The translations under genes were made by a program, and so were the position numbers. From Heptranchias perlo (lineage: Eukaryota), in NCBI RefSeq assembly GCF_035084215.1, contig NC_090352.1, forward strand, positions 28,830,001-28,894,000: DNA of 64,000 nucleotides, written 5' to 3'. The notes beneath the pieces were generated by a model. The model did no database searches, was not told the origin of the DNA, and saw only the letters and a list, made by a program, of their open reading frames with translations. Positions 38,345 to 48,848 of the stretch are shown piece by piece (position 1 is the stretch's first letter; the number at the start of each line of letters is the position of its first letter).

Positions 38345-39296
38345 TAGTTTAAACCCTCCCCAACAGCACTAGCAAACACTCCCCCCTAGGACATTGGTTC
38401 CAGTCCTGCCCAGATGCAGACCGTCCAATTTGTACTGGTCCCACCTCCCCCAGAACCGGTTCCAATGGCCCAGGAATTTGAATCCCTCCCTCTTCCACCA
38501 TCTCTCAAGTCACGTATTCATCCTAGCTATCCTGTCATTCCTACTCTGACTAGCCCGTGGCACTGGTAGCAATCCTGAGATTACGATCTTTGAGGTCCTA
38601 CTTTTTAGTTTAACTCCTAACTCCCTAAATTCAGCTTGTAGGACCTCATCCCGTTTTTTTACCTATATCGTTGGTACCTATATGCACCACGACAACTGGC
38701 TGTTCACCCTCCCCCTCCAGAATGTCCTGCAGCCGCTCCGAGACATCCCTGACCCTTGCACCAGGGAGGCAACATCCCATCCTGGAGTCTCGGTTGCGTC
38801 CGCAGAAACGCCTGTCTATTCCCCTTACAATCGAGTCCCCTATCACTATAGCTCTGCCACTCTTTTTCCTGCCCTCCTGTGCAGCAGAGCCAGCCATGGT
38901 GCCATGAACCTGGCCGCTGTCACCTTCCCCTGGTGAGCCATCTCCCCCAACAGCATCCAAAACGGTATACCTGTTTGAGAGGGGGATGGCCACAGGGGAC
39001 CCCTGCACTACCTGCCTGCACCTCTTACTCTGCCTGGTGGTCACCCATTCACTTCCTGCCTGTACACCCTTTACCTGCGGTGTGACCAACTCGCTAAACG
39101 TGCTATCCACGAGTTTCTCTGCATCGCGGATGCTCCACAGTGAATCCACCCGCAGCTCCAGCTCCGAGATACAATCGGTCAGTAGCTGCAGGTGGACACA
39201 CTTCCTGTACACATGGTCGGCAGGGACACTGGTAGTGTCCATGACTTCCCTCATCTTGCAGGAGGGGCATATCACGGGTGCGAGGTCTGCTGCCAT
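38344..39296 (-). pseudogene. CR1 ORF1: zinc-finger/leucine-zipper region plus SGNH esterase domain
   Basis: CPSC...RKC motif, heptad LTDCISELELRVDSL, then GDSIVR, PGARV and HIGTNDI; continues after an extra A (about 38654-38660) to DGLHL...GLN*. One internal TGA and a second frameshift in a G6 run. Confidence 0.88.
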
Positions 39297-40112
39297 GACT
39301 TGCCTTAGCTTAGTTACCTCTTTTAAATTACGTTGAAATTCGAAAATGTTTACTAGGGACCTAGGTTCACTAAAAAAAAAACTACCTGCTATAAAATCTG
39401 TAGACCTTAAGTTTAGTCAATTAGTTAATTATAAATGTGGTTATGTTACCTGGTTTTATTGTAACTTAGCCCACAGTTCTAAGAAAAAGAAATACTCACC
39501 ACCAACCACCCACCTGCTTTACCGGTGACGTCACTCTTTGATTTCATTGTTCTGTGAGGCTCATTCTGCTGCTCCTTATGCATAATGACAAGTTGTCCCA
39601 TAGGTTTTCACTATAAGGGAGAAGTAAGTTAATTGTGTTTTATTCATTCCGTTACATGGTAAATAAGTTGAGACTTTTTACTCAGCAGTACTGCTGCATA
39701 CTCATCTGTTCAGTGTCCCTCAGGTTGGTATCTAGGATATTACAAAGCAACAACTTCTCTGTTAGTGTGTATGGTGGCCCTCCAGTATGGGAAATCATCT
39801 CACAAGGACAATCTTTCTCCATCGGAGGAAACATTGGGCCAGAATTTGCTGGAGTGGGACGTGCCCCATGTATTGGATTTTTTCCCTCACCCTAGAAATG
39901 TTTTTGTGCTGCAAATTGCTGGGAGCGCGAGTTGATAATGGCGCAGCGAGGGCAACTGGGCCTCTGGGACCAACAGTCTATCTCCTTAATCAATTAAATT
40001 TAAAGATAAAGAAAGAAACAGAGGAACAATGGAGATGGAAATATGGTGAATTAGAGTCAAAATTAGGTACAGAAAGAGAAATAGAGAGGGAAGAAAAGAT
40101 TGGATTAAGAAA

Positions 40113-40223
40113 TGATGTGGAGATCTTGAAACATTTACCTGAGGAAGGAGAAAATCTCCGAAAGCTTGTGAATTTAAAATAAAATTGCTGGACTATAACT
40201 TGGTGTTGTAAAATTGTTTACAA
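40113..40223 (+). mobile_element. Family A insertion with inverted body and hammerhead on the plus strand
   Basis: TGATGTGGAGAT stub followed by the reverse-oriented body; duplication TGGATTAAGAAA at 40101-40112 and 40224-40235. Confidence 0.75.
40133..40173 (+). ncRNA. Minimal type I hammerhead ribozyme motif (family A)
   Basis: ATTTAC-CTGAGGA-A-GGAGA-AAA-TCTCC-GAAA-GC-TT-GTGAAT. Confidence 0.7.
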
Positions 40224-41711
40224 TGGATTAAGAAAGAGAGAGAAAAAAGAGACAAAGGAAAAGTAAGAAAAAAAATTACATTTTAAGAAACCTCTAGGAT
40301 CAATTTACTACCTGCAGGACTGAGACTCCATCGTTTCAAATGTTCCTTTCCTGGGCCTTTGAGGTTGAGTGGCATTGCAGGAACATAAATATTGTCATTA
40401 AAAGGGTTCCTTACATTGTTAAAAACCAGCCCTAACATTCTGCAGCAAGTTTAATTCGTTTGAGCAGTGCAAATGCAGCAATTTTTTGAAATTCATAGGA
40501 AGGTTGAGGGTGAGCTGCGGTTTTTGCGAGGCTAACGGTTGAGCGGCGCAAATCACCCAGCAATTTGTGGCGATTTGCAACTCATGGCCTATCTCTTCAT
40601 TGCCACAAATTACTGGGTTTTTACAAACTAATAACGGTGTGGGCATTTAAGTCACCGTTATTTTCTCAGCAAACTCTAGGCCATAATTAACTGGACTGAA
40701 GGTATCACCTACTTGTAGCAGATGCGTTCTTTATTTATAAAGATACAGCTGATCTCGGCTGGGGTAAGGGTAGAGGTGCATCAGTTTGGCAGCCGAGAAC
40801 CCCAGGATTTCAAATGGGTCATCCTGTAATTTTTAAAATATTAAACAGGCACCAAAGGTTTGGTTTTGAAATCAGAATTCCATTTCTTTTACATTTCTGT
40901 GTCTTATGATGTGGATGCATTACTAGTTATTAAAACTTTCAAAGAACTTTCATCAGTAACTTGAAGTCGTATCAGATTTTATTGGTGATAGTTAGAAAAT
41001 GTAAACATTGGCATCTGCGACAGCTGTGAGAAAGTTTTAAAACTTTCAACTTTAAAATGGGATGGGATAAAAATGATATGATCAGTAAAGGAATATTTAT
41101 ACACGTATTACATACAGACAGACACACACACACACTTCGACAGTTTTCACAGAATAATGGGCAGAGTCAGGGAACTGAAACTTCAAAGCACTGATAAAAA
41201 TCCCAGAATACATGTAATAAAAAGTGATTTTGACTTATTGAATCACTGTAAATCAGTGGCCCTAATGTTATTCCCGAGATGGCATAACAGTTCAGCGTGA
41301 ACAACTCAATGAGGGATCTCCTAGATTAGGACATAACACGCAGGATACCCATAGTATCTCTTTTGGCATCTGTAAAGAGAAAATGCAGGTCAATGTTTGA
41401 AGTCTGGACCCTTCCACCAGGAATTTCCTTCGAGCTTCTCCTGCTCCTCTGCAGAAAGTTACAGCGGTGGAACGGAAGAAGCCCTGAGGAAATTCCCAGC
41501 GTTTGTCAGAACCGAACACCGGAAGATATGTGAGCTACCTGATGGAATTGAAGAAAAGCACACAGTGAGAGAGGAGAGGAAGGAGATAATGGACTGCACG
41601 CCTAAACAAGTTTTATTCAAAAGATGGAAGGAGGTTAAAGTTGGTGGAAGATAATCTCAGTGAAGCACTGGAAAGACATTAAAAGAACACAGGGTGTTAA
41701 AATCCCTAACG

Positions 41712-41875
41712 AGAAAAACTGCAAATGCTGGAAATCTGAAATAAAGACAGAAAATTCTGGAAACACAACAGGCCACCAGGATGTAAAAAGAGAAAATACT
41801 GGTTACTATCCCTGGTGCAGACAGCCCTGCCAAAATTGTTCTGATGAAGGGTCCAAACCTAAAACCTAACTTACT
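41712..41875. mobile_element. Degenerate family-B PLE fragment with inversion
   Basis: ctgcaaatgctggaaatctgaaataaagacagaaaattctggaaac on one side; decayed ttCTGATGAagggtccaaacct on the other. Confidence 0.5.
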
Positions 41876-42789
41876 TCTCCTTGTGTACTATTTCAAACAT
41901 ATTAGGTGATACGAAACTGTTGCTGAATAATATACCAGCACCATTTCTTCAAACTGTTAATCTATATTATCCCATCAGCTGGCTCCTGATGCACACTGAA
42001 CCTTTATGTGGCAAACAAACTTTCACAATCAAATGTTTCTGCTAACAGTTATATAACAGAGCTTGAAACAGAACTCAAATCTACAGCCGTGCAGATCCAG
42101 AAATAAAATGTGTGATAAGTATAGTAGTATCAATGCTGGCATGGAGTGATAATACAATAAGGACTTCCAATATCCTGTAGTCACAGCACTCCTTACTTCA
42201 CAAGCCTCTGGGATCCTAATTTCCTCCCAATCTACTCTGCTGCTCAGTATCAAATGAACTTGGTTAAACCCTGGATTGTTGGCTTAGTGTCTTCTATTTT
42301 AAAAATAATCTGTGAAAAATGGATTCATATTCTGGAAACATCCAGATAGATACACTAGTTCTGCTCTATTTACCTGCGAATAATTGCAAGTTAGGGTAAT
42401 CAATGCTGCTTTATTCGTTTTTTTATTACTTGTGTCAGATAGCATATGGTTCTATTTCTGTACTCAAATAAAAGTATTTACTGCATATAGATTCACTCTG
42501 CACATGTTGCAAACTGCAGTTTCTTTTCTCATATTTTACCGTTATGTACAGACAACACATGAATTACTTCTGGACTTTAAGGGGAAGTGAACTTGTAATT
42601 TTCTTGTCCTTAACATAGATCATTAATTCTCATTTTCAATTGTGTATAATTTCATATCCAGAATACATCCCATAAGTTAGGAGGTTGTCTCAGTCATCAG
42701 TATCCCATTTATGTTAGTTATGTATGGTTTGCTCACATGGGGTGCAAACTCTATATTCATCGACTTACCGGTAAGTATTCTGCTCATAC

Positions 42790-43210
42790 AGGATTGTTTG
42801 ATCCACAATCTTGAGTCGGAAGGTTGTGGGTTCAAATCCTGCTCGAGTCCATAAAATAAACTGACACCCCAGCGCAGTACTGAGCGAGTGCTGCATTTCA
42901 GAGACCCTATCCTTTGAATGAGATGTTAAACCAAAGCCCAATGTGACTCTGATGGACATTAAAGGTCATATGGCAATATTCAAATCAGAGCGAGGAGTTT
43001 TTGCCGTGTCCTGGTCAACATTCCTCCCTCAACAAGCATCACAAGATTTTTTTAAAGTATTAATGATTCTTCTCTGTTGTTTTGGGGATCTTGCTGTATG
43101 TAAAATGGCTGCCACATTGCCAACATAGTATCAATCACTGCACTTCATTATTTGTAAATCACTTTGAATTGTTTGAGTGATAAGGTGCTGTATCAATGCA
43201 AGTCTTTCTT
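42790..43210 (+). mobile_element. Deu-domain SINE, diverged
   Basis: B box gggttcaaatcc, core cagtactgagcgagtgctgca and the shared tail. Confidence 0.8.
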
Positions 43211-45246
43211 TTATATAGTAAGTTAGGTATTTAATAGAATAATATTCAAATAATTGTTTAAATTCATTGTTTGAATCAGATTTGAAATCTGAGGAATTAT
43301 AGTCTATGTCTGTACGTGAGGCAATTTACTTATCAGGATTTTGTCCACCATTTTGAAAATTATGCCAATGGGATAAAGTTGAGGGCAACAGCACCCAACT
43401 GAATTTTAATAATTGATGTTGACATGTTGCTCCAGAATTCATTGGCACTATAAATATTTCAAATTTGTAACTACATTTCAAGTGATGGCCGACTGTCTCA
43501 CCATTAAGTGATCTTTGCTTTGGTTTCTTTCCAGCTGAAGTAGAGCACATGGGCCACTACTGCGTTAAAGGCATTTACAGGCCCAGAACAATAAATTTGA
43601 ACAAACCCCATGATACAATTCTGACTAAGATAATTCCTGGATGGGGTAGTATATAGGAATTGCTTTAATCTGCGCAACTGAATCAATTATGAAAATATAA
43701 GGCAGTTGAAAGCAAGAGTATTCAAAAAGTTTGTATTATCTATAAAAAATAATTCTGTCCTCTTCCAATTTTTTCCACTTGTTTTCTCCTGAGGATGGTG
43801 ACTCAAACTTGGGACACTTCCATAAATGGAAGCAAGCGTTGGTAACCCATATAAACACCAGCTATCCAGGTGTGAATTTGGACAATGCATGTCAGTGGGC
43901 TATTGCACTCTGGGGTTATTATAGGCAAGTGGAGTCCTGTCCTCAGCTCGTACCCCCGCGTCCATGTCAGGATCAGCAATAGGTGCTGGACAGCAGACAG
44001 AATCAGAAACCATCACAGCTCAAGAGACACTGAGGTCAATTGTGAGCCTCTTGCTACCAGCCTCACTGAAGGCAATGATCAAAGCTGGGACCAACCTGCT
44101 CTGCATTGATCCACCAAGCCTTGGGGTTGGGGGAATGAGTAATTATACTTCATTCGTTAAAAAGAATTTGGCAAATCATTGAGGACTATCAGTGCCATAC
44201 TTTCCACTTTGGTCACATAGATCAAGTACAGCACAACCACATACAGCTTAAAACTAACCCTGCTTTGTTACAACAATGCACCTTAACCCCAATGAGAATT
44301 TCCACACACCAATCACTATAATGGCCTCTGTAAACCAAATTGCTAATTTAGTAAGAGATTAAAATAAAAATGTGCACATTCTGAAATAAATTATTGCAAA
44401 TATACAGCAGGTAGTCAGCAAGGTCAACGTTTTGCATAGACAAACATTGGAACTAATAATTTGTGGCAAATAATGGGCCCTGTACTGTGGGACCTCATGA
44501 ACTCATTTCATTTAGAGTCCTCATAGCTGGCAGAGAGAGTGCTTTTATCCAATTGGTCCAGGATGGATTTAGAACCTAGGTCCACATCTTGAGGTGAAAA
44601 GATAATATGTGAAACCCATTACACCATAGTAAGTGTACACTTAGAAGCAACAGGACAGTTATACCAACAGCAACACAAAACTTTCCGGGGAACAAAATGA
44701 TTAGTTCAGTATTGGGTCAAAGCAATTGTTCCTAATAGCCACAGTATTGCCTAAATTTCCACAGTACGCCCCAGTAAAAAGATACCTCTCCTGTCATCAA
44801 CGTGTTTCAGAAAATGTCAGGCAGCATCCCCATAGTTTTGCAATTCACACCGGTGGTGGACAGTGTGTACTCAGGAAATTAATTCTATGACTAGACAGCT
44901 TTGATTCTCCTAATTTTTCTCATACCTGGACTATTTCAAACATTGCTTGAATCATTGAATGTGACCAGCATTTACAAAGTAGTTCTTCTTTAAAGGTTAC
45001 CACTGAGGACATATTTTCTGAGTAACATGTTTCATAAGGAAGATGTTAATTCAATATGGCATCAAAAACAAAAAGAAAAATCAACGTTTACATACAGTTC
45101 CTGTGGTTGAGAAATTGAGTGGCTTCTCAAAATAAAATAAAAACTGAATGTCACAATCTGTAGGTGAAGACGGAACCTGCCTGAAATTTGTCATTACTTC
45201 ATTTTGTTTGAGGTATTACTTTTAGGGTAACAACCTTTTAGGTTTC

Positions 45247-45708
45247 AGCCTTGGTTCAGTTGTAGCATTCTTGTCTCTGAATCAGAAGGTCATGGGTTCA
45301 AGCTCCACTCTCAAGAGACTTGAGTACATAATCTAGGCTGACACTCCAGTGCAGTACTGAGGGAGTGCTGCACTCTCGGAAGTGCTTTCTTTTGGATGAG
45401 ATGTTAACTTGAGGCCCCATCTACTCTCTCAAGTGGATGTGAAAGATGCCATGGCATCATTTGCAGAAGAGTAGGGTAGTTCTGATGTCCTGGGTAACAT
45501 TTATCCCTCAACCAACATCACCAAAACCAGATCAACTGGTCATTAATCTCCTTGCTGTTTGTGGGATCTTGCTGCGTGCAAAGTGCATGCCGCGTTTCCT
45601 ATGTTACAACAGTGATTACACTTTAAACATACTTCGTTGGCTGTGAAGCGCTTTGGGACATCCCGAGAACGTGAAAGGCACTACATAAATGCAAATTCTT
45701 TCTTTCTT
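45247..45708 (+). mobile_element. Deu-domain SINE
   Basis: Colinear with 61024-61472. Confidence 0.85.
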
Positions 45709-46452
45709 GTCTTTTCCCATCTAATCTATATTTATAGAACAGCAATTCCACAGAATAGGTGGGGCTGGGGTTGCAATAATTCAATTTCTAACTTCATGTT
45801 TCACATCAGGAATTCACAGCAAATGATTTTTGTAACTACTTTATTACCAGCAATTTGGGTTCCTTAGAAGCTGAGTTAGAAATTGGTACTCCAAGAGTTA
45901 CCAATACATAAAGAATGGGTTGGATTGCATTTAGTATGTACAAGTCACTCCGTATCAGGCATCTGGTCCCAATGAGGATATGTGCCTGAGGCCAGCTTGT
46001 TGCTAAATTTATTTGTTTATCTGCCAATCTTTGAACATTCCAAAACATTGTTCCTCATAATCACTTCCTAGTGAGATTTCAAATTGCACATTAAGCTTGA
46101 AAATGCAATCGAGCAATGTCAGAGTTCTGCAGCAATGTACAAAAATAAAACCTTCTGAGAACTTTCATACAGTATAAAGTACATTATTGCTTTTTTTAAA
46201 AATTATGAATTACATGTAGCTCTGCTGAGGGCTCAGGGGATAAAGGCACATTAAGCCAGACCAGGAAGATCCCAGGTCCTAATCCTGGGTCTGGGCTGAG
46301 ATAGATAAGATTAACTACAGCAAGGGAGGGGGAATAATTGATCTCCATAATGTTGGGCTGTGGAAGGTTTGTGATTTAATAGCTCTTCATTGCCATATAT
46401 ATTCAGGGCAGTGATGATACTAGGCTTTGAACTAGGATTTATAAACTGCTTT

Positions 46453-46772
46453 TCATAGAGTCATAGAGTCATAGAGTTATACAGCACGGATAGAGGCCCT
46501 TCGGCCCATCGTGTCCGCGCCGGCCATCAGCCCTGTCCACTCTAATCCCATATTCCAGCATTTGGTCCGTAGCCTTGTATGCTATGGCATTTCAAGTGCT
46601 CATCCAAATGCTTCTTGAATGTTGTGAGGGTTCCTGCCTCCACAACCCTTTCAGGCAGTGAGTTTCACCCTCTGGGTGAAAAAGTTCTTTCTCAAATCCC
46701 CTCTAAACCTCCCGCCTTTTACCTTGAATCTATGTCCCCTTGTTATAGAACCCTCAACGAAGGGAAAAAGCT
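46453..46772 (-). mobile_element. CR1 3' fragment
   Basis: (CATAGAGT)3 terminal repeat, ggcccttcggccc hairpin and degenerate ORF2 C-terminus. Confidence 0.85.
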
Positions 46773-47832
46773 TCATATCAAATGTTTATGAAATTGTTAC
46801 ACCTAACCTGCCACCTGAGTTGCATTCAGAAACATCATGTAAGTCACTGTTCTTCGTGGTCACAAACAATCTAAAACTCAATACATCACGATGCAGGTGT
46901 AAGCCTGTACACGCAGAGTAGTCATCTGAGTTTCAGAGTAAACTGGAATAGTCAGTGTGTGTGGCTAACATGTATGTGTTATACTTAACCTACCAGTGCA
47001 TCGCTTATTGACCCAGAAAAATTCTTACTAGTTGGTGGGTACAACTAGCAGCTTCAACATGCGTCATGACACAATGTGCTGGTTTACAGGCCATCCTATC
47101 AACTGATCAGATAACTCTGGCACTGATATATGTTATTGCATCGTGAGATAGGTAGGTCCCAATGGAGGTGATGCAATTGGGGGCCACTTTGGATTTGGTG
47201 GCTTTATACTCAGATTTCTACATTGCATTTATGCTTCTATGATCACAAATGCAGCATAAAGATCCCAGTTAAATGTGCATTTTAATTATCATTTAGTCCA
47301 GTAAGATTCAAAAACGATTTACCTGAATTTATCAGTGAACTGTCTCATTTGCAAAGGTGTGTTCTGGAAGTCTTATCACAGTCAGACAGCACTGATATGT
47401 GGGGATGAACATTATACCACTGATGGGGGACAACAACATTACTATTCATACCTGTGGGATAGACAAGATAGTGGGCACTTGCAGGATAAATGAGATTGCA
47501 TGGACTGTGACCACTCATGGGATAAATGAGATTACATGGGACAAATGAGATTACATGGGCAGTGGATAGCAACACTAACTACACAGAGCAATGAAATAGA
47601 TGAGATTACCATTTACACTGGCAGGATCAAACAAGATTACAGTGGTATAGAGCAGTGATTTTATCATCCACACAAACAGGATAAACAAGATTAAAGCACT
47701 GATGGTGGCAGCGACATCATCCATGCCTATGAGTTAAATGAGATTCCCATTTACATCAACAGGGTAAATTCCGTCACATTCACAGTGGACAGTGACATTA
47801 CCGTTCACACCCACATATAGTGAACGTCCTGC

Positions 47833-47920
47833 TTTTGGTTTACCATTTAATCCCGAGTAGGATTTTGGTCTACTATTTAATCCAGAGTAGGATTTTGGTC
47901 TACCATTTAATTCCGAGTGG
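47833..47920. repeat. 30-bp tandem repeat, 3 copies
   Basis: Unit approximately TTTTGGTYTACYATTTAATYCMGAGTAGGA. Confidence 0.9.
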
Positions 47921-48819
47921 TAACAATATGCATATTACATAGGGACAATAACTGAGGATATTTTGAAAGGGTATTCCGTTTTTAATACAAATATTTAAAA
48001 GTACAACATGACAGCTGCAGAACAAATTATATCTGGGTGACATAATTTAAATAAATTACAAACCCACAAGATGGGGGTTAAATTTGGACCATTTAACTAA
48101 TCTGCAAAGTAGTGCATTATTTTATATGTTTTTTAAAAATGAATACCTGGCTTCATAATCGAACAGGGATGCCCTGAGTGACAGATCTGACGATGGTGGT
48201 GTAGGCTTTATGCTCACCCCAGCCTGCTAACTGTTTTTGACTATAAACAACTGCAATAGCTGAATTCAGTCCAATTTGACACAGCCTCAAAGGAATAATC
48301 AGATCTGGAAATCCAATCTCTGATGAAGCTCATGATAATGTGAGCGAAACGGCAGAAGAAATGAACACAGAAACAGAGCTGTAATCCCCAAAGGAAAGAG
48401 AAAGGTCTTTTAATCTCATGCCCTGTCTACACGAGAATATATTTCATTTCCATACCCAGAAGGTAATACCAAAGATATGTTAAATAGTAACATAGTCATC
48501 ACTTTGACGCAAACACAGTTTCTAGATGCCTTTATTGATTGATGGGAATGGATTTCTTGCAAATAAAAGAGAGAGGGGTACCAGGGCATTTTTATGACTT
48601 TTAAGGAGGTTTTTTATCCCAAGACTTAAAACCCACCAAAAAATGGTTGAGCTATCAGTTCTGCACTGTCTTTTTGACACCTCTATTGATACTCTAAATT
48701 GAAATGCATTTCTGCAGGTTTGAGGCAATCTCGAGAAGCTCAGTATTCTGAGGATTGATAACATGGTCACAGTCGCATTATCTCTATGGAATTCAAACTG
48801 CTTGCGGGTGTTATTGTCC

Positions 48820-48848
48820 CTATTGTTCTTGGTTACTCATGTGTTCTG
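48820..48848 (-). CDS. NEK8: Probable NEK8 terminal coding exon (PEHMSNQEQ*)
   Basis: Pyrimidine tract and acceptor (TTTCTTTGAACCTCTATCATTTTCTACAG|), then 29 nt in phase 1 ending in TAG. This gives 9 residues plus stop after LLAVK, the tail length I recall for human NEK8; the residues are not conserved. AATAAA on the minus strand at 48531-48536. Confidence 0.55.

Larger units (their letters stand above)
35320..39575 (-). mobile_element. Near full-length CR1-clade LINE, inactivated by frameshifts
   Basis: 5'UTR, ORF1, ORF2 (APE endonuclease plus RT) and a CR1-type 3' end with TTCTATGA-type terminal repeats (plus-strand catagaatcatagaa at 35321). Confidence 0.95.
39836..40683. mobile_element. 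Putative non-autonomous DNA transposon with imperfect terminal inverted repeats
   Basis: Left end GGGCCAGAATTTGCTG versus right end CAGCAAACTCTAGGCC; CpG-richer interior; hosts the insertion at 40113. Confidence 0.4.

Noticed and set aside
37064-39336. Several plus-strand ORFs
   Set aside because: Antisense shadows of the CR1 ORFs.
41420-41497. Short inverted repeat GGAATTTCCT/AGGAAATTCC resembling NF-kB sites
   Set aside because: Only 10-bp arms in probable repeat debris; insufficient support.
47833-47920. CRISPR-like array
   Set aside because: Contiguous tandem units without spacers, in a eukaryotic context.
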